From: the human T2T-CHM13v2.0 reference genome, Homo sapiens
Length of the DNA stretch: 64,000 nucleotides
Strand: one strand, 5' to 3'
Assembly (NCBI RefSeq): GCF_009914755.1
Contig: NC_060934.1
Shown here: in pieces, positions 1 through 12,273 of the stretch
How positions within the stretch are numbered: position 1 is the first letter of the stretch
How the letters are laid out: every line of letters begins with the position of its first letter
Position numbers and translations under genes: made by a program
Notes under the pieces: generated by a model
Told to the model about the DNA's origin: nothing
Seen by the model: the letters and a program-made list of their open reading frames with translations, nothing else
Databases searched by the model: none

Positions 1-611
1 ATCCCTGACTCCTAGTCCAGAGTTCATTCCAATTCTAGTCATCAAGACCTTGCTGGTCCTTGGCATTGAAGGGTTATTGGTTTCTCACCATCCTGGGCAC
101 TCATGTGGAAGGGAAGCCACATCTCCTTTGTGGAGTCCTAATGTGTACGTGCTATGAGATGAGAGTACAAAAATGACCTTTACCTTCCACAGCCGCTAAA
201 TATAAAGCAGCCACATAGATAAAAATAGAACATTTGCCAACCCGTGGGTACTGTCATCATTCCCCTTGGCTGCGTTCCCACCCTCCTGCTACAATCAGTG
301 TGAACCAGAAGTAAACAGCGAGCAGCTCAGGAGCTCACAGCCTGGGAAGCGGTGCCTGGCCACCTCTGCCACATGGATGAGGTTCGTACTGGCTGAACAT
401 GCAGAAGCCCAGTGCAGCTCTGGCCTCAGCTCTGCCAGCAACTTTCAGATGACAATGGCCAATTCACTAAACCTCTCGGCCTCAGTTTCCTTGTCTGTTA
501 TGTCAAAGGGCCCTATTGGTACTAAGGGGACCTACGGTTCCCACACACTACACTGAAGGCTGCTGAGCTCCAGCTGGCAGAAGTGAATGTATTCCACTTA
601 AAAGATCATGT

Positions 612-828
<217 letters not shown>

Positions 829-841
829 AAAAGACCACGTT

Positions 842-1145
842 GGCCAGGCACGGTGGCTCATGCCTATAATCCCAGCACTTTGGGAGGCCGAGGCAGGCAG
901 ATCCCTTGAGCCCAGGGGATCAGGACTAGCCTAGGCAACATGGTAAAACCCCGTCTCTACAAAAAATATTTTAAAATTATCCAGGTGTGGTGGCACACGC
1001 CTGTGGTCCCAACTACTGGCATCGAGAGGCTGAGGTGGGAGAATCACCTGAGCCTGGGAGGTTGAGGATGAAGTGAGCCATGACTGCACCACTGCACTCT
1101 AGCCTCAACAACAGAGTGAGACCTTGTCTCAAAAAAAAAAAAAAA
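842..1145 (+). mobile_element. Alu, full length (AluJ-like)
   Basis: ggccaggcacggtggctca start and poly-A tail. Confidence 0.95.
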
Positions 1146-1319
1146 GACTATGTTGTCTCCAGTTTTGAGGTGTGAAATAGCCTTTCTTTCATAGGATGAC
1201 ATGCAACACAGGTAACAGTGGCCACTTTCTAGTGGTGTTATTTTAAAGCATTAGAATGAAAAACCCTAGGGTGATCCCTAGACTGCTTCATGTGTCCGTA
1301 AGTCTGGGAACCTCTGAGC

Positions 1320-1478
1320 TCTAGTTCTCAATGTGGTCGGTGGGCCAGTGGCACTGGTATGCCTAGCAAGCTTGCTGAAAATGTAGAATCTCGTCTCCTC
1401 CACCCCAAACCTCTTGAGGCTGAACCTGCAAGTTAACAAGACTCTCAGGATCCGACGCACATAGACTGAGAAGCCCTA
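1320..1478. mobile_element. MER5-like hAT DNA transposon relic
   Basis: gttctcaatgtggtc...gcttgctgaaaatgtagaatctc...ttaacaag...tgagaagc pattern. Confidence 0.6.
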
Positions 1479-1729
1479 AGCAAGGGGACCCACGCACCTC
1501 TTTTCATCCTGAGAGTTTTCTGATTCAAAGCCTCCCTCCCAGACAGATGGTAAGCGATTTGTCTTCATACCCATGTGGTGTGAAAACTCAGGAAAGAAGG
1601 GGAAAGGGCTGTGTTGTTCACAACCATCAGTACCAGGCCAGAGGCTCAGTGCCCCTCTGTTTCTAGTAGGGGTAAGCTGGCTTGGAGAGACAGGATTATT
1701 GCCACACTATGCCCTGGGACAGTCTAGGC

Positions 1730-1764
1730 AAAAAAAAAAAAAAAAAAAAAGGGGGGGGGGGGGG
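1730..1764. repeat. A21 directly followed by G14 homopolymer
   Basis: Read directly from the sequence. Confidence 0.95.
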
Positions 1765-3806
1765 CAGGGAGGGAGGCATTTTTTAGGATGACAAAACTAG
1801 AATTCCAGAAGTGGAGTAAAGTTATTCCCTCAGGAGACTTTGCAATAATTAAGAAATTATTTTTATGGGTACTGTTTATGAAGCAAAGCAGAGCTGCCAG
1901 GTTAGGCAAATTCCAAAGCAATGCCAAAAACACTTGACCTAAACCCCATTTATGATTAGTAATACGGGGCTGGGCCAGTGAGGCTCTTCTCTTCTTCCTG
2001 ATGCTTCCTGCCCCACCTGCTTAGTGAACATATGGTTTTGCTCTTTATGGAAATCTATCATTTAATTCCAAAAAATGAATGTCATTACTTGTATCCTTTT
2101 CTGAAGGATGTGTGTCTCAGGCTGCACAATTCTGATTTTTAAACCCAAGGGCAGGACTTGGACAACAGAGAAAGGCAAGAACCAAAGGCATTTGGGTAAA
2201 TAAAAGGAATCCATCTATTCAAGGAAGAAACAAAAAGGAACTACAGGCATTTCTGTGCCCAAAGATGTCTCACTAGGTGTCATCAGAGGGACTTGGCAGA
2301 AGCAGCTGACATTACACTTGGCATTTCCCAAAAACCAAGTTGCCTTGGGAATAAATCCCATTTTTAAAGAAACTGCCTGTCCTTCTGGGAACTAACTTAA
2401 TTCTGTTTGACTGAATTTTTTTTTTTTTAAATATGAGTCACAAGGAAGTTCAGAGAAACAAAATTTCACTTTGTCCCACATTACAGACACTTTCTGGGCA
2501 AGGAGAGCCACTGCCAGTAAGGGGCATGGCACCGCTGAAGGAGAATGGGCTCCTGCATGGTTCCGTGTGGGAGCTGGGGCCCTTTTTATTAAGAACCCAG
2601 ATTCATGGGTGAAAATTAATACAGGAGCCACACATAGTGAAAAAAATACAAAACTACTAAAACAACCTTAAGATTTTAGTGGAAAGATCTGAAGTGAAAG
2701 AAAATGTTTTATTCATCTGCTTTTCAAGTTAGAAGCAGGAAACAGAAAAACTCTATTTAGTAAGGAAAACAATTAAAAATAGACTCCAGTCCCATTCTCA
2801 TTCAAATTAATGCAGAGAGGAAGGGGGAGGGGGAGGAGTGGAGGAAAACTGTGAAGTCAGAGAGCACAGAGTCAAAAGGAAGACGTGAGCTCTGAACAAA
2901 ATAATTAAACCTCCACTGTTATCAGAAATTCAGACTAACAAGCCCTTTCTACATGAGGAAACAGCTTGAAAACTTTACATTTCATGCTGCAAAGGACTTT
3001 TGTAAAGACAAAGTTTATTCCTGTATGGAATTCCAAAAAGGAAAACTTGGGATTTAGAATCATCGTCTGGAATTTTAAAGCAGAAGGGTCAACATATACC
3101 CAAAGAACTTCCGCTTCACCCCAACTCAAAGCTTCTCTGCTTTTCAGAGAAGCAGAAAAACCAACCAGAAGCAGTCAGAGACACTACAGAAAACAAACAT
3201 GAAAACTCTAAGCAGAGCTGCCTAGAGCCACATAGTACAGAGACAAACAGCTGGCAAGAATGAAGGCCAGTGAGTCTTCAAGAAAAATTCAATAGTCTCT
3301 GTTTTCAAGGTACAAAAACGTGTTTTACATTCCAGAAAATTGTCTACACAATATGTTTTCTTTTTTAAATTTGATACTCAAAATTCTGCTCTCTCTAAAT
3401 TTCATTATGTCAAAAAAATAAATCATTTAAGATACTACTTAAAAGAGGTATTATTGTACCTAGATTTTCGAAGTTAAATCTCTATTACCATCAAGAGACA
3501 CAAACTTTTTCCTTTCTCCTTTTTTTTGGTGTTACGATTTGAAGAAGACAATCATGAACACCCAAGAAGTGGAACGAACCCAGCTTACTTATTCAGACAC
3601 CTGATATCACCTCAGATCAGGGGCCTCTGTCTGTCTGCTGGGATTTATTTTATGGGCCATGAGAGTGAGTAAACTGGGGCAAATGGCCTTGGGAAACAAT
3701 GGGATTTGTGAAAATTTCTGTGAAATAACAGAATTTCTGACCCAAGTATCATGGAATAGCTATGTTGATTCCAGTGGGCTGGGAGTGGGGCACAAGCCTC
3801 TCTTAC

Positions 3807-3951
3807 CTCGATTGTGTTGCAAGAGCACAATAGTAGGATTGACAATCGTTGTGGAGGGATAGGCGGATGAAGGCTTGCTAACTGATGGAAAGGCTTGGGA
3901 ATCAGTTCCAATAAGGGAAGAAGAAACTTCATTTAGTAGAGGACTGGAATC
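3807..3951 (-). CDS. SORBS1: SORBS1 coding exon, 145 nt, phase 0-1 (DSSPLLNEV...TIVLLQHNR)
   Basis: ttgtttgttcgtttcag acceptor and GAG|gtaaga donor; peptide visible in ORF 3760..3972. Confidence 0.96.
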
Positions 3952-6341
3952 CTGAAACGAACAAACAAACAATGTAACTAACTGTAAATATAAAAAGCTA
4001 GTGTTAATGTTTTTTAAAAAGAAGAAATTTAAAGCTTTACAATGATCTTAATTATAAAAAGAAATGCAATCAATGAGATACATCGTATCATTAATTCCAG
4101 TTAGAAGTTTAAGCCGGAATGCTTATCCTCTTTGTTGGTATTAGTATGGGGCGGAGGAGAGAGAGAAGGTGAATGTTACTGCAAGTCTCAGCAACATCAT
4201 TCATTAGGTCCACCTGTTAACAGTTGTGGGTCAATCTGGTTACTGAAAAACCAAATTCAAATCCAAGTAGAATAACATGCAAAACCCATGCAATTCCAAA
4301 TGCGATCCAAGAACAAGAGCTGGTTTAATTGGGAAAAATCAGGGAAGTTTAGTACACTGTACAGAGAAATGTAAGACAATGTGAGGACAAGAAGACATCA
4401 ATGTAAGAACAGGGAGGAGTTGAGCAACAGTTTTTTCAGAAAGCTACTCTTAGCATCAGCATCACCGAGCAATTTTACTGATGCTTGCTTCTGAGATTTG
4501 GAGATTATCCTATCCTACTGTGACATTTTTTTCACTCTAATATTAAAGTGACAAAGATCCCTAAGACTTGTGAGAATCCTGACTTTAAAAACCTGAGGTC
4601 TCTGCCAGAAATACCAATAAAATTATTAATACTAACATTATAATCTGCATATTGGGGATAATGCCAGTCTTTTAAAACAAAATAAGACCCCAAAAGGTAC
4701 TAAGAATATTTAGACAGTTTCCTTCATGATATCTATACATTTCTATTTTTGAGTTTATAAACCATAAATTGAGGATGCTCTTCTTAAAAGGCTTTAAGAA
4801 CAAGATTTTAAATAGTTACTTTTGAGGCAATAATTATCTTGAAGCAATAATCAAAGATCAACTCCTGTGAACGTACCCACAAGATGAGGGCCACCCCCTC
4901 ACTCACACCTAGCCCAATGCCCTGCAGATAGCAGGTGCTAGTAAATGTCACGTGACTGACAGGTGGGATCTTTCAGCAATGTTGTGTCTGAGCAAATGTT
5001 TGTAGCAAGAAAACAAATGCTTATCAAAAGAGGATATGGGCATCAGCACCCAGGACAGCTCCCAACACACAGTAGGAACTTCACAACACTGCCTAGGTCA
5101 GTCTATCTCTTCTGAAAGTCCACTAAATAGCCGCCGCTATTTAGTTATGAGGGGCAGCTCAATGTCATGAATAAAACCTTTTCTCAAGACTTGAGAAGCA
5201 CAGTATGATTTTATACAAAAGTGCCTCACCTTGATTCCTCCATTTAGAAAGTGAAAAATAACTACACTTTTCCTAATTTATCTCCAAAGTGATATAATTA
5301 TGATAAATGACATATCATTAAAAACTGCCTGAATGCATCCAAGAAACACAAAATATCAGGCATACAGCTCTTTAAAGTATAAATGCCTAATGTGATGTTT
5401 GGGTGGATCATATGAGCATTAAGCACTTTACAGATTTTATTTTGTGTCTTATTTCTGGAACATCACAAAAACAGCTATTGATTAAAATAACTCAAATCAA
5501 TTAACATGACTTTTATTCTTCCTTCTTTCTCTCAACTAGCTACAGATGGAGCAGGCATCAGCTCACAGCTCAGACACCATCCACAGAGGCTCCTCCTCTT
5601 GACAGAGGAGGAAGAGGAATCCAAGTAGTTTCCTTTTTCACCTCTGTTACCCAGGGCCAAACCCGAAGCTATCAGGCCAAACTGAGGTCCTTCTGGGAGG
5701 TCTACACCAGGCTGATTAGTCAGGTTTGAGAAACTGAGGACCCTGTCCCAACGAATCTGTCCTGGTACACCTAAAACCAACTCGATATGAAAACCTAGGT
5801 CTACACAAATAAATTATAGAATACACAATCAAACTACTCACAATGGTCTATGAGGACACTAAACATAAGACACCTTACCTGCTACTCCAGGCAAACATAA
5901 TCTGTGTCAAAGGGAAGATGCTTGAACTCCCCAAAACAAGAGTGGCTTCTAAATTCTAAGTTCAGCTGAAGGTAGACGGGAATAGACCAGGGAAACATCT
6001 AGCATTTTTCTTCAATGGGACTGAGCTGCGAAATTCAAAGCTAGAAGGATATCCAAGGCCGTGGGTCACATTGGGCCTGGTGCTGACCTAACTACACTGC
6101 ACAGCACTAGAGATTTCAGAACAGGCCCCAGCTCAGGATGTAACGGTTCCCAGCTTTGATGTGTTTGATGCCTCATTATAATTTATCTAATAAGCCAAAT
6201 GAAAAGTTTCCTTCCTGATTTCTGCATGACTGGCTTCAGCTTAACAAGCCATTTGGAACAGTTTTGCAGGCATACATCTTTACACAAAGGGATGTCAGTA
6301 AACGCTTAGTTCCATCAGCCAATTGCATGACCCACTACATG

Positions 6342-6532
6342 ACTGTATCTCAAAATGTAGGGTGTGGACCCCAGCATCTGAAACCCCTGAGCACTTGCTA
6401 CCAAGTGAGATTCCTAGGCTCTTCTCCAGACCCACTCAGTCAGAAATTCTAGGAGTATAACCTGAGGGTGACGATTTAAACAAGCCTCCCTGACCCTCAG
6501 ATGATCCCATGTACACAAAGCTTGAGAAGTGA
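6342..6532. mobile_element. MER5-like relic
   Basis: tgtggaccccagcatc...gattcctaggc...tcagaaattctagg...tttaaacaagc...ttgagaag pattern. Confidence 0.55.
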
Positions 6533-7139
6533 CCTCCTACTCCAAAAATCCCTTTGAGAACAAGACCCTGACTCATGGTTGTACCCAGGGTACTTAGCAG
6601 AATGCCTAGACCACGGCAGAAACTCAATGATGAATTGTTAACTAACCAGTTACTTGCTTTTGAGTGACCCTGGCCCTCATTTGCCAGGGTAAGTCCTCAG
6701 CAACATAGCTAACATTCACTAGGCACCTTCTCTATGTCAAGCTCCATAACAGGAACTTTTACACTCGATCCTACTGAACCCGAAGCCCTGTGAGTAGATT
6801 CACGTATTCCCATATTACAACTCGCAATGAAGTTATCAGATTCTCTCAATTCCCAGGGCTCCTAAGGAAAAAGGAGACCCAAGCACTTTGACTCAGCTTT
6901 TTCTCTAAGCAGTTGGGCTTTCCCGGCTGTGATGGGAACTCATTCCCCCACCCACAGGATGGGACCTGAGGCAGCAGGGCCCTTTGACTTCCTGTGACCA
7001 CTGGGGCACTGTTTTGTCACAGAGGCTCCTGGGACCTTCTCCTCAGGGGCCCTAGCAATTGCCTGCCTTTTGAGGTAAAAGTCCTAACATTTGTACAGGG
7101 CTTTCAGACCCACTTGCTCACTTAAACCCAACTCTCTCA

Positions 7140-7140
<1 letters not shown>

Positions 7141-7174
<34 letters not shown>
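7141..7174. repeat. Poly-A tract (34 nt) with no adjacent recognisable retroelement body
   Basis: Read directly from the sequence. Confidence 0.95.
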
Positions 7175-7177
<3 letters not shown>

Positions 7178-7667
7178 TAGTCTCTGTCATTTCTGTATAC
7201 TACAGAGAGTTTATTTACTCACTAGGTCAACAAGAGAATCAGAGAATCGCTTCCTCCCCGAGATCTCCCCGCTCCCTGGTAAGTAGCACCCACCACGCCT
7301 GCCGTTGCTTTCCCCCATAATTCTTAGCTTTCCTCAGCTCACCACACGACCCCCGACCTGGCCTGTGAAAAGCATGGCCAGTCAACATAAAGGCCACAGA
7401 TGTTGTCTTCTGAGGGAGAAAGATGTGCATTCCCAACAGGACAGAGCAGATGAGGCACTGCAGAGATGGGGAACAGCCCCGAGAGACCCAGGGAAGACAC
7501 ACGGGAAGCATGCACGCTAGTGACAGGGGACACGGCTCCAGTCATCACACAGGCACAGCGGCAGCCAGTGCTGTCCTCAGAGCTCAGTGCTTCAGTGAGA
7601 AAGGGAATGTGACTGCTGGGAGGAGACATTCAGAAAAGCCGTGAGGAGGGGAGTCCAGCAAGCTTAC

Positions 7668-8036
7668 GGTACTCGAAACAGCTCCCGTGAGGTCAGGCTC
7701 CGAGACTCTGCGGAGGTCCTCCGGGGCAGGAGGGACCAGCGGAGGTGGTGGTGAGAAGGATGGTGGCGTCTGGCTAATGGGGGCAAAGGAGCCAGAGGCG
7801 CGGGCTGGCTGGCTGTGGTGGGGCCACCTCTGCAGATGAGGGGGAATGAAATCATCTAGAGTCGGGAAGGTCAGAGGTGAGGCGGCAGAGGCAGTCGCTG
7901 GGATTGTGGGGACGCAGCCAAGAGGCCCCAGAGGTGTTGGAGGTCTGGCAGTGCCTTCTTGCCCTCTGTCAGTATTAACCAGGTAGAGAGGGACAACTAT
8001 TACCTCCGGCTGGGCTGCACTGGAGGAAGTGGCATC
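7668..8036 (-). CDS. SORBS1: SORBS1 coding exon, 369 nt, phase 0-0 (DATSSSAAQPEV...GAVSST)
   Basis: ccccttatttccacag acceptor and ACC|gtaagc donor; 123 codons within ORF 7584..8117. Confidence 0.96.
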
Positions 8037-8645
8037 CTGTGGAAATAAGGGGGTCGTTATGGAAAGGGGTATGATACGAGGAAAGAATTCCATATTTAAA
8101 CGGTTGAGAGTGGGCATGCAGTGAGGTACTCTGAGAAATATTTAATCAGTGCCCTTTCCTCAGAGTACATGAGACAGTCGGAGCTGGCCAGCTGGCCTTC
8201 TGACACTCCATGACACAGAGGGAACCCCATCCAACTCCGCTTTTCATCCATCTATTTTTGAATCCTTTTAACACTTTATGAGAGAGAAAGAAGAACAGAA
8301 CAGGCAGGCAGGCTGTGTTTAACCCCACAACACCACCATAGAGCCTAAAAGCTTGGGAGTAAATACAATTTCTTTGGCACCTTGTAATAAAACATGAACA
8401 ATGAGTTTCTCACCATGTTATTAGTCTCTGGATTCCACGCTCCGGCATACTTACACATTTACAGAAAAGAGAGACAGACAAAGAGAGTACTGTGCTGAAA
8501 GGTTCAGACAGAAGAATTCGGGACTCAAGCCACAACAACATTAATGAGGAAAGGGAGGGTAGGGCAGCCCAGTGAACAATGAGCTGCTCGCATCAGTTTT
8601 GAAAGAGACAGTAGAGAAGACACACAAACATTCCTAATTTCTTGC

Positions 8646-9362
8646 CTTGGCTGGATAACTCGGCTGCAAAAGGTAAGATTCTTTGCTCTTCCGGTTTTCG
8701 GGATCAGAGGTAACCCGGGGGCCTAGCACAGGTGGTCTCACATCTGGGAACGAAGCCTGAGTCCCCAGGGAAGGACTCTCGCCACGGTTAACGGCATCTT
8801 TACGGATGTCAAAGAATAGCTTGGGAGGGTCAGGAGGAGGAGCAGGGGGTGGTTTTCCTGTGCCGGCTGTGCGGGAGACAAGGCCGGGAGCCGGTGCTCG
8901 GGTGCCCGCAGCCTCCAAGGGAGTGCCTTCGGCAGGGTCACGTGCAACACGAGAGGAGTTTTCTGACGCCGCCAGGCAAATGTTATTGGATAAACAAGGT
9001 ACATATAAGCTGCTGACCTTTTTAATCCCAACTGCCTCATGACATGGGTTAGAGCTCACATTCTTATGATAAACTGTCCTGGTGGCTGCATAGCGCTGCT
9101 GGGGTTGGGATGAAGCACTGGGGAACGTGGAGTCCGGAAGCAAGGAACCAGGGCACACCACACCTTTGGGAGCCGATCCAGCTGCCAGGAGGACAGAGAT
9201 AGGCTGGGGTTGTGAGGGGTTCTGCTGTCTGGGGGTGCCGAGTGGGACATAAGGCTTTGGTGAGCTCAGGTAGAGGGAATCCTTATAGGTATTGTGGATG
9301 GTGGGGGACTGCCATGCAAAGCGGTCCTTTTGAGGGAGAGGAGGGCGTGGGGGAGAGAGAAC
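8646..9362 (-). CDS. SORBS1: Candidate large alternative SORBS1 exon, phase 0-0, Pro/Ser-rich (VLSPPRPPLPQK...SYPAK); alternative end at 8742
   Basis: 248-codon sense ORF 8634..9380, CpG-rich; AAG acceptor at 9363-9365 after a long pyrimidine tract and a CTAAT branch motif; donor candidates AAG|gcaaga (717 nt) or GAT|gtgaga (621 nt), both frame-preserving. Confidence 0.65.
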
Positions 9363-10462
9363 CTTTAGCAATATTTTCAAGATATGTTATCAAACAGGGA
9401 AAAAAGAAAGAGGAGGGGAAATGGAAAGAAGGACGATCATTAGAAACGACAGCATAACATGATTCAAGCAAAAACAATTCTTAACACGTTTTTCAGCACA
9501 TCCTCAGGTTAGACTCCTCCTAGTATCCACAATTCTAAGTGAAGCCAAAGACTGAATCCCACTCACCTGGAGAGGTAGGCCTGACTCTCCTTTGTATCCA
9601 GAGAGGCTGAGCCCAGCCCGTAGCAGGCCACATGCTACATCAATTGTGACACCAATCCTTGGCTGACTGCATCTTTATTAGACATCCTGACTCAAGAAGG
9701 GAGCCAAGTGAACTAAACACCAGTGGGAGAAGCACCAAAGCCCCCAACTCCCTCTCAAACCTCCTTCCCTCAAGATTTATCTTCGAGCCTTTGGCCTTAG
9801 AAGTTTATGTTCACTGGAACTCTTTTGAGTGCCTTTCATTCTTTTCCTTTAGGAAAAGGAGAACTGGAAGAACCGTCCTTATTTGTGTTCACAGGAGACA
9901 GATGTCTTAATTGAGTCACTGAGATTTAGCACTCAATTCCATAAGCATAACAAATTAACGTGCCCTAAGAAGAGAATGCTAAGGATTTTTGAATACACAT
10001 GTGCTCTTTTCTCAGAGGAAAGAATTTGATGAAGCTAATTATTAGAAGGAAGACAAGCATGAGATTAAAAGCACACAGTCTCCCATTTTTGATGTACACA
10101 AAAAAGGGGACCAGGCAATGAAGGACTGAATTGGCCTCTACCGGATTGGACTGTGCCTAGTTTCTCAAAATCTAGCCCCATGCCCATCTCACCCAGCCCA
10201 CCACCACACAAAGGGAATCAGCCCCAGAGGTAAATGATCAGCCTCAGATTCACAGCTTAAGCCCAAAGCTCTGGTTGCAGGTCCAGAGGCTCACACAGCA
10301 TCCCTCTCTTCTCAACACTGCTCCTCTTTGGGTCTCAGTGGAGAAGAGGGTCAGGAAATGGGATGACCCTCCAGTCTGATCCTCATGTCAACAAGAGTCA
10401 TCTGGCAATCTGCGGCTCAACTGGGAATTAGACTATGAGATGAGGAAACTGCATTTTGCTAG

Positions 10463-10780
<318 letters not shown>

Positions 10781-10799
10781 GGTTTTCTTTAATGGCTCC

Positions 10800-11077
<278 letters not shown>

Positions 11078-11183
11078 AATGGCTCCTATTTTTAAAGATA
11101 TCCCAGTTCTAGAAGAAAACCAGAACTTTCCTCCAAATTACGCAAGTGAAGTATATTAGAGTCTGATCAATATCGGTAAGTGA

Positions 11184-11554
<371 letters not shown>

Positions 11555-11569
11555 AATTTTATTTCATTC

Positions 11570-11919
<350 letters not shown>

Positions 11920-11960
11920 TAGAAAGGGTGAATAGGTGAAAAATATTTAAAAGTTTTATA

Positions 11961-12273
<313 letters not shown>

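Noticed and set aside
3131-3153. 9-bp hairpin gcttctctg/cagagaagc
   Set aside because: Too short for a miRNA or snoRNA precursor and expected by chance.
1545-6695. Plus-strand gtaag donor-like sites suggesting an antisense transcript
   Set aside because: No paired acceptors, promoter or coherent exon chain.
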